Source: Pedosphaera sp. (GTDB lineage: Bacteria; Verrucomicrobiota; Verrucomicrobiia; Limisphaerales; SIBH01). Taken from it: a DNA stretch of 27,767 nt. The notes below the pieces were generated by a model that had not been told where the DNA came from, made no database searches, and saw nothing but the letters and a program-made list of their open reading frames with translations. Numbering within the stretch: the stretch's first letter is position 1; each line of letters opens with the position of its first letter. Made by a program: the position numbers and the translations under genes. The stretch is taken from positions 1 through 27,767 of the forward strand of contig JANOQV010000218.1 in assembly GCA_031414955.1 (NCBI GenBank), written 5' to 3'. Shown here one piece after another: positions 10,523 through 17,200 of the stretch.

Positions 10523-10699
10523 CAGCCGGTCTGAAAATTCGGAGGCGGAGTGCGCCCGTCCTCGGGCGCAGCCACGTGATGACTTGGAGGGCGTCGGAAA
10601 AATCCATACCCGTTTGTGTTCGCAGGTTGCTGCGCCCGAGGACGGGCGCACTCCGGGGCGCGCAGCCTTCGCTGCACCAGTGACTTTTCAGACCGGCTC
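10523..10699. mobile_element. MITE-like element (177 bp) with 15-bp terminal inverted repeats enclosing an inverted REP doublet (REPIN-like)
   Basis: TIRs CAGCCGGTCTGAAAA (10523-10537) and TTTTCAGACCGGCTC (10685-10699), flanked by TCA and TTA. REP GGAGTGCGCCCGTCCTCGGGCGCAGC at 10547-10572 and its exact inverted copy at 10629-10654. Confidence 0.8.
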
Positions 10700-10723
10700 T
10701 TAGCACGGCAGCGGCCTGGCCCC

Positions 10724-10828
10724 GGAGCGCGGGTTTTCAACCCGCAGCAGGCCGCTCATGCCGAGGATCGAAATAGTTCCTGCGACTTCCGCCCTGGCCA
10801 CGCGCTGCGGGCTGAAAACCCATGCGCC
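10724..10828. repeat. Second, different GGAG-type REP doublet (inverted pair)
   Basis: GGAGCGCGGGTTTTCAACCCGCAGC (10724-10748; hairpin GCGGG/CCCGC) and an inverted copy at 10804-10828 matching 21 of 25 nt. Confidence 0.7.
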
Positions 10829-10908
10829 GATGAGGGATGCGGCCGACCCGCCAGTCCTGCCTCCGGCAGCCTCCTTGGCCGCAGGCCGATTCAAAATCGG
10901 AGTTCCGG

Positions 10909-10936
10909 TTGAAATGGTTCCGGCACCTGCTAGCGT
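10909..10936 (+). promoter_or_regulatory. Putative sigma70 promoter of tRNA-Arg
   Basis: TTGAAA (10909-10914), 16-bp spacer, extended -10 TGC-TAGCGT (hexamer 10931-10936), 12 bp upstream of the tRNA. Confidence 0.5.
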
Positions 10937-10948
10937 CCGCGGGCCATC

Positions 10949-11024
10949 GGCTCCGTAGCTCAAATGGATAGAGCAGCGGTTTCCTAAACCGTTGATCCCG
11001 GTTCAATTCCGGGCGGGGCTACCA
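10949..11024 (+). tRNA. tRNA-Arg (anticodon CCT)
   Basis: Cloverleaf: acceptor GGCTCCG/CGGGGCT, D arm GCTC..GAGC, anticodon arm GCGGT-TTCCTAA-ACCGT, T arm CCCGG-TTCAATT-CCGGG, encoded ACCA end; 76 nt. Confidence 0.97.
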
Positions 11025-11043
11025 TTTGCACCGACCATGTGGT

Positions 11044-11293
11044 CGGTTACACCTTCGGGTTACACCTGAGTTTTTCGTCAATCTGAAAAACGCAAAGAAA
11101 CGAAGGCAGGCGTGCTTTCCGCGACGAAGGGCCGATTTGGGAGCATAAGTTTCCTAAACTCACAATTGCCCTCGGCTGCAATCGGCCAGAGTCGTCCTGA
11201 ATCGCCGGATGTCGCAGGGCGCTTCAGTATCGCCGTCTATAATGGTCTTCAATCGTCTGCCGGTGATTCAACGGGTTACACCTTGGGTTACCA
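11044..11293. other. attP-like site: arm-type repeats, att core and 10-bp-phased repeats
   Basis: GGTTACACCT at 11045, 11058 and 11274, with a degenerate GGTTACCAC at about 11286. Core GTTTCCTAAAC (11149-11159) is identical to tRNA 10979-10989. TCG recurs at 11172, 11182, 11192, 11202 and 11212. Confidence 0.6.
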
Positions 11294-11583
11294 CGGCCTG
11301 CAAACTGCGTTTGAAACCCGATCCCGGTGGTTGCAAGGCCTCAACCATGTGACGCACGAGGGTCCAGTCGGAACTTGCGCGAATATACAAATGGCTTGGA
11401 TATGCGTGCCATGTGCAGCCGAGTCCGAACCGTCGCCAAAAGCCTTTTCGCCGTGCCGTAAAGGTGCCGTCGGACTTGAGCAAGGCCGTTACATTGCGCG
11501 TCCCTCACGAGTCATTGGCGGTCGACTGGCTCGAGTTCGCGAGGATGTCCGGTCCAGACAAGACCTTAAATGCTTGTTGCACG

Positions 11584-11606
11584 CATCCTCAAATAAATTG
11601 AGGATG
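11584..11606. promoter_or_regulatory. Inverted-repeat operator upstream of abiEi (probable autoregulatory site)
   Basis: Perfect 9-5-9 palindrome CATCCTCAA-ATAAA-TTGAGGATG, ending 5 bp before the ATG at 11612. Confidence 0.7.
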
Positions 11607-11611
11607 TGTGG

Positions 11612-12211
11612 ATGGCGAAGAAAAGCGACCCATTTGCCGGCCTGATGGAGATCGCGCAGGATCGGCAGGGCTATTTCACCACGAAGCAAGCCATCGAGGC
11701 TGGCTACGCGGACAACACCCATCCCTATCATGTGCGCGCGGGAAATTGGGAGCGGGTCTGGCGTGGCATCTACCGGATGAAGTACCTGCCCTCGCCCGAA
11801 GATGGGGAGATGATGGTCTGGCTGCTCTGGTCGCGTGGCCGGGACGAGAAGCCACTGGCGGCGATGTCGCATCAGACCGCACTCAGTCTGTTCAATCTGG
11901 GTGATTTCAATCCGGCCAAGATTCACATGACCGTGCCGATGGCTTTTCGCCGCAACAGTCGGCTGCCCAAAGGAGTCGTGCTGTACCGGGCCAAACTTGG
12001 GGCGAGTGAGGTCACGGAACTGCGCGGCCTGCGGGTTTGTCGTCCGCTGCGCGCACTGTGCGATGTGGCCAGAGCAAACCCGAACGCGATGGACGACCTC
12101 AAGCAAGCCGCGAAGGAAGCCCGGCGACGCGGCCTGATCACCGAGCGCGAGATTTCGGCAAGGCAGGGAATCGCGTCCAACCGAGAACTTGTCGCCAGCC
12201 TGTTCCAATGA
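11612..12211 (+). CDS. abiEi: Type IV toxin-antitoxin AbiEi-family antitoxin / transcriptional regulator
   Basis: N-terminal winged-HTH-like motif EIAQDRQGYFTTKQAIEAG...GNWERVWRGIYR. C-terminal motif SHQTALSLFNL...IHMTVP...GLRV..P.R.L.D. The stop overlaps the next start (ATGA at 12208-12211). GTG at 11606 is an alternative start. Confidence 0.88.
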   Translation: MAKKSDPFAGLMEIAQDRQGYFTTKQAIEAGYADNTHPYHVRAGNWERVWRGIYRMKYLPSPEDGEMMVWLLWSRGRDEKPLAAMSHQTALSLFNLGDFNPAKIHMTVPMAFRRNSRLPKGVVLYRAKLGASEVTELRGLRVCRPLRALCDVARANPNAMDDLKQAAKEARRRGLITEREISARQGIASNRELVASLFQ

Positions 12212-13065
12212 ACCGCTACAAGACACCCGCCGCACTCCGCCGCGCACTGGAAGACCGGCTCCTGGTGGCAGTGCGCCGCGAAGGCGGCGACATCCAGCGA
12301 ATGCGCCGGCAGGCCGCCTTCGACCGGCTGCTGTGCCGGCTGTTTCATGAACCCGATGCGCCGTGGTTGCTCAAGGGCGGCTACGCCATGGAGCTTCGCA
12401 TTCGGACCGCGCGGACGACGCGGGACGTGGATTTGGCCATCCGCCAACTGCCCGGCGGCGCAACGCAGTGGGATGAGGTTTCCATCCGGAGCCTGCTGGG
12501 GCGTGCGGCTGGCGTTGAACTTCAGGATGGTTTTGAGTTCACCGTCGGCGAGGCGACCATGGACCTTGAGGCCGCGCCCTACGGTGGTTCACGTTATCCG
12601 GTTGAAGCGCAGATGGCGGGCCGGCGATTTGCCATGTTCCATCTGGATGTGAGCGCAGGCGACGTGTTGCGTGAACCGTTCGAGATTCTGGAGGGCCAGG
12701 ACTGGCTGGGTTTTGCCGGTATTGCGAAGGCCAGATTGCTCGCCGTCTCAGGCGAGGAGCAATTCGCCGAAAAGCTTCACGCCTATACCTTGCCGCGAGT
12801 GGGGCGGGAAAACAGCCGCGTGAAAGACTTGGTGGATTTGGTGCTCCTGATCGAGCGAACCAAACTGGACACCGTCCGTCTGCCGCAGGCCATTCGCGAA
12901 ACCTTTCACCGTCGCAAGACGCACGATGTCCCGCTCGCACTCATCCAACCACCTGCCTCGTGGTCCGCCTCGTTTTCAGAAATGGCGGCGGAATGCGGCC
13001 TCGAACCGGACATGGAGAAACAGTTCGGCGTAGTCGCACAGTTCTACAGCCGGCTGAGTTCATGA
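12208..13065 (+). CDS. abiEii: Nucleotidyltransferase toxin, AbiEii/AbiGii family (285 aa)
   Basis: Motifs LLKGGYAM, RTTRDVDL, AEKLHA and NSRVKDLVDL. Translationally coupled to abiEi via ATGA. Confidence 0.92.
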   Translation: MNRYKTPAALRRALEDRLLVAVRREGGDIQRMRRQAAFDRLLCRLFHEPDAPWLLKGGYAMELRIRTARTTRDVDLAIRQLPGGATQWDEVSIRSLLGRAAGVELQDGFEFTVGEATMDLEAAPYGGSRYPVEAQMAGRRFAMFHLDVSAGDVLREPFEILEGQDWLGFAGIAKARLLAVSGEEQFAEKLHAYTLPRVGRENSRVKDLVDLVLLIERTKLDTVRLPQAIRETFHRRKTHDVPLALIQPPASWSASFSEMAAECGLEPDMEKQFGVVAQFYSRLSS

Positions 13066-13086
13066 CGCCCACGGGCGAACCCGGCC

Positions 13087-14076
13087 ATGAACGCATCCGA
13101 CTCCACCACATCAAAGCTGGCCGAAGCTCTGGCGGAATGTGAACGGCTGCGGGAGGAGAATCGGCAGTTGCGACAACGCTTGGAGGTTCTTGAAGTTCGA
13201 GCACTCCGTCCATTCCATCTCACGCCACCGGCAACAGCTGCACCGGGCGCGGTCACTGCCAAATCGAGTCCGGATGAAAAGGTAAAACTGTTCCGTGCTC
13301 TTTTTCGTGGGCGCGAAGTTGTGTATCCACGGCGTTGGGAGGGTCGCAATGGAAAGACGGGTTATTCGCCTGCCTGCCGGAAAGTATGGGGCAATTCATT
13401 TCAAAAGCAGCCCGACGAGCCGAAGGAATACTTCCCGCTAACCGATCAGGTCGTTCATGACCATCTGACGGGCAAACTCATGGCCGGCATCTATCCACTG
13501 CTCACCGACGAAACGTGCTGGTTGCTCGCCGCCGATTTCGACAAGGCGACATGGCAGGACGATGTGCGGGCGTTTCTTCACACCTGCGCCGAGTGGCAAA
13601 TCCCCGCCGTGCTCGAACGCTCGCGCTCCGGGCGCGGCGGTCACATCTGGATTTTCTTTTTGAAGCACCATTGCCGGCACGCCTCGCCCGAAAACTCGGC
13701 GCGGCCATTCTCACCCGGACCATGGAGCAGCGGCATCAGCTCGGTCTCGATTCCTACGACCGATTCTTTCCGAGTCAGGACACGATGCCCAGGGGAGGCT
13801 TTGGCAATCTCATCGCGCTGCCGTTGCAGCACCTGCCACGCGGCCACGGCAACAGCGTGTTTCTCGATGCCGATTTTAATCCCCACCCCGATCAATGGGC
13901 GCTGCTGTCGTCCGTCCGGCGGATAACTTTTGCCGAAGTCGAGAGTGTCGTGCGTGAGGCCGAACGCTGCGGAGACCTCATCGGTGTTCGACGCAGTGTC
14001 ACGGACGACGAACAGACGGAGGACCCGTGGACGCTGCCGCCGTCCAGGAAGAAAAAGGACGAGGCCATCACCATCA
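13087..14076 (+). pseudogene. N-terminal fragment of a TOTE-type archaeo-eukaryotic primase domain / DEAD-box helicase fusion; frameshifted and truncated
   Basis: Motifs LFRALFRGR, GYSPAC, GIYPLL.DETCW.LA.DFD and ERSRSG.GGHIWIFF in one frame continue as ARKLG...LDSYDRFFPSQD...GGFGNLIALPLQ...DQW..L in a second frame after the T-run at 13657-13661. The sequence runs into the att repeat at 14077 before any helicase motif. Confidence 0.85.
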
Positions 14077-14125
14077 CGGTTTCCTATACCGTTGATCCCG
14101 GTTCAATTCCGGGCGGGGCTACCAT
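14077..14125 (+). repeat. Distal att site: duplicated 3' half of tRNA-Arg(CCT)
   Basis: CGGTTTCCTATACCGTTGATCCCGGTTCAATTCCGGGCGGGGCTACCAT equals 10977-11025 except for A>T at 14087. Confidence 0.95.
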
Positions 14126-14240
14126 CCGTGGCCTTTCGCCGGCTGGTGTTCGTACTTCTACGATTCACTCCGCGCGTAGGTTCGCCATCTAGCGCGACGG
14201 CGGCTGGCCTTGCATCCTCGGGTTGCGCTAGAACATTCCT

Positions 14241-17200
14241 ATGTATGCAACCAAAGGCACCCTTAGAGCCGGTCTGAAAATTCGGCCCCGGAGTGCGCCC
14301 GTCCTCGGGCGCAGCCAGGTGATGACGCCGGGCGCTCTCCGAGGCCTGTGGCCTGCGCCGCCCAAACGACTTTTCAGACAGGCTCTCAGGTTCGCCGCCG
14401 TGGTGGCGCTCGGGCTGGGATCTCACTCGTCCGTCCTCGCCTTGAGCGGTGATCTCCAGGGTCTGAACAAGAGCCTCTCCACCAACTGGAGTCCGGCCAG
14501 CGCCTGGAGCGGCGGCAATCTCCGGGGCTGGCAGGAATTGGATTACGTGGTGGGCCGGGCCAAACTGAGCGGAGCGCCCCGTTCCAATCAGCTCGTGTCC
14601 CTTAGTTTTCCCCGATTGAAGAATGGCCGGCCGGGCTTTGAGAATCTCTACTTCCTCAGCAACTCGCCCAATCTGTTCTTTACCGCACCGCCGGTGCTGG
14701 ACTCGTCGGCCGCAACCGCCGACGGCCGTTACACGATGCGAGTCACGATCACTAATCGTCAGCCCGGCTATGTCTATTTTTATGCCCGGCTCGCGGCGGG
14801 CGCGCATTTGAACACGGGCAGTTCACTGCAATTGCGCGGTTCGCCTGCGCTCAGTCCGTTGCAGATTCACAAGCCGGAAGCCGGTCCGGATCGTCCCGAT
14901 CTCGCCCTGCTCAAGACCGGCCCGGCCACCGCCGAGCCGGGTGAAGTGATCCGTTACACCCTCAGCTACACCAACCAGGGCACGCGGACCCAGGACGTGG
15001 CGCGCGGCGTGCAACTCGTTGATGAACTGCCCGCGCTCGTCACCTTCGTGAGCGCCAGTAACGGCGGCTCGAATGAGGGCGGTCTGCTGACTTGGGATTT
15101 GCCCGACCTCCCCATCGGCGCATCTGGATTCGTGACTTACCAGGCCCGCGTGTTGACGAATGCCTTTCACGGCCAGGTCTTCACCAATAACGCGCACCTC
15201 TTCGAGGCCGGGGAGGACGCGAATCCGGCGGACAATCATTCCAGCGTCAAGACGACGGTCTTCGCCCGCCGCCCGCCCGTCGCGAATCCGGACGACTACA
15301 CGGTCAACGAGGACGATCTGCTGACCGTGCCGGCGGCGGGAGTGCTGGCGAACGACACCGATCCCGATCCAGGCACGACTTTGACGGCGGTGCTGATTTC
15401 CGGCGTGAGCCACGGACTCTTGAATCTGAGCGCGAACGGCGCGTTCACCTACCGGCCGGCCACAAACTTTCATGGTGTGGACCAGTTCCTTTACCAGGCC
15501 AGCGATGGGTCCAATCTTTCCGCGGTCGTCTCGGTGACGATCACGGTTGTCCCCGGCGACGATCCGCCCGTGGCGGTGGATGACAGCTACACGATGGCGG
15601 AGGACACAGTTCTTCCGGTCAGTGCTCCAGGCGTGCTCGCAAATGATAGCGATGCAGATGGCGACACCCTGGCGACGGTGCTGGTGAGCAATCCTGTTCA
15701 CGGCTCACTCGCGTTGCAGTCCACGGGCGCATTCCTCTACACGCCGGACTCGAACTACACCGGCACGGACAGTTTCTCTTATCGGGCCAGCGATGGCAGG
15801 CTGAACTCGGCGGTCGCGATGGTCACCATCCTCATCACGAACGTGAACGACGCGCCCGTGGCCCGCGACGATGCTTATACGACGCCCGCCGAGACGCTGC
15901 TGACCATGTTAGCGCCGGGCGTGCTGGCGAATGACAGCGACGTGGAGGGCGATCCGCTTACCGCTGCGCTGGTGAGTAATCCCTGGCATGGCACAGTGAC
16001 CTTGAATGCGAACGGTTCCTTCGCGTACCAGCCGGCGACGAACTTCAGCGGCCTCGATACCTTCACCTACCGGGCCAGCGATGGCGGCGCGACGAGTGGC
16101 GGGGCGACGGTGACGATTACGGTCGTGCCTTCCAACCTCGTCATCCTGCTTCCGCCGGTGAACCTGACCAATTGCCCCGGTGACACGGCCTTCTTCAGCG
16201 TGACCGCGCTCGGCACGGCGCTGACTTACCAGTGGAGCTTCGGCACGAACCGGTTGAACGATCAGACGAACCACACGCTCGTGCTGACCAATGTGACGGC
16301 TGCCGATGCTGGTTTTTACAGCGTGGTGGTCAGCGGCATGGCCGGCGGGCCGTCCACCAACACGGCGCTGCTGGTGGTGAATCAAAACGTCCTCGTCGTG
16401 ACGCCGCCGGCCAATCAAGTGGCCTGCCCGGGCGATACGGTGAACTTCAACCTGAGCGCCACCGGCGCGGGCCTCGCCTATCAATGGTCGCACGGAGCGG
16501 TGCTGTTGCTTGAGCAGACGAACAGCGGGCTGACCCTGAGCAATGTGACCGCCGGCGAGGCGGGCCTTTACCGCATCGTGGTCAGCGGCTCCTGCGGCCC
16601 GCCGGTCACGAATGGGGCGACGTTGACCGTGAACGCGGCCGTGGCGGTGTTCGCGCCGCCGGTGAACCAGACGAATTTTGTGGGCGGCACGGCGGTGTTC
16701 AGCGTTGGCGCCACCGGCCCGGGCCTGGGCTATCAGTGGATTTTTCGGGGCGCGCTGGTGGGCACGAGCAGCACGTTGGAGTTGAGCAATCTCACCACCA
16801 ATCAGGCTGGCCCTTATTGTGTCACGGTCAGCGGCGCGTGCGGCGGCCCTCTCACCCATTGCGCGACGCTGACCATTCCGAATCGCGCGCCGACGGCCAG
16901 TCCTGATGCCTATACGATGGCCGAGGATGCCTTGCTCAACATCCCGGCCGCGGGCGTGCTGGGCAACGACTCCGATCCGGATGGCGACACCTTGAGCGCG
17001 GAGTTGGTGGGCCAACCGGCGCAGGGCGCGCTTACGCTGAACCCTGACGGTTCGTTCAACTATCGCCCCGTGACGAATTATACCGGTTCCGACAGCTTCA
17101 CCTATCGGGCGAGCGATGGCCGCGCGTTCAGTGGCCTGGCGACCGTCACGATCACGATCACGAACGTGAACGACGCGCCGGTGGCCTGGGACGACGCCTA

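Larger units (their letters stand above)
10977..14125. mobile_element. Degenerate tRNA-Arg-integrated genomic island (3.1 kb) with no integrase gene
   Basis: 49-bp direct repeats of the tRNA 3' half at 10977-11025 and 14077-14125 (offset exactly 3100 bp, 1 mismatch) enclose an AbiE TA pair and a broken primase/helicase gene. Confidence 0.9.

Noticed and set aside
10387..11006. Short ORFs on both strands between the adhesin and the tRNA
   Set aside because: They are translations of the terminator, MITE/REP palindromes and tRNA.
11112..11645. 177-aa ORF and other short ORFs at the island's left end as a possible integrase or excisionase
   Set aside because: No tyrosine or serine recombinase motifs or HTH pattern are visible, and the ORF runs across att-like repeats and the operator.
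12037..12207. Longer start for AbiEii
   Set aside because: It overlaps abiEi by more than 170 bp. The ATGA-coupled start at 12208 gives a typical N-terminus.
14077..14125. Second tRNA gene
   Set aside because: It lacks the 5' acceptor strand and D arm. It is an att duplication of the 3' half only.
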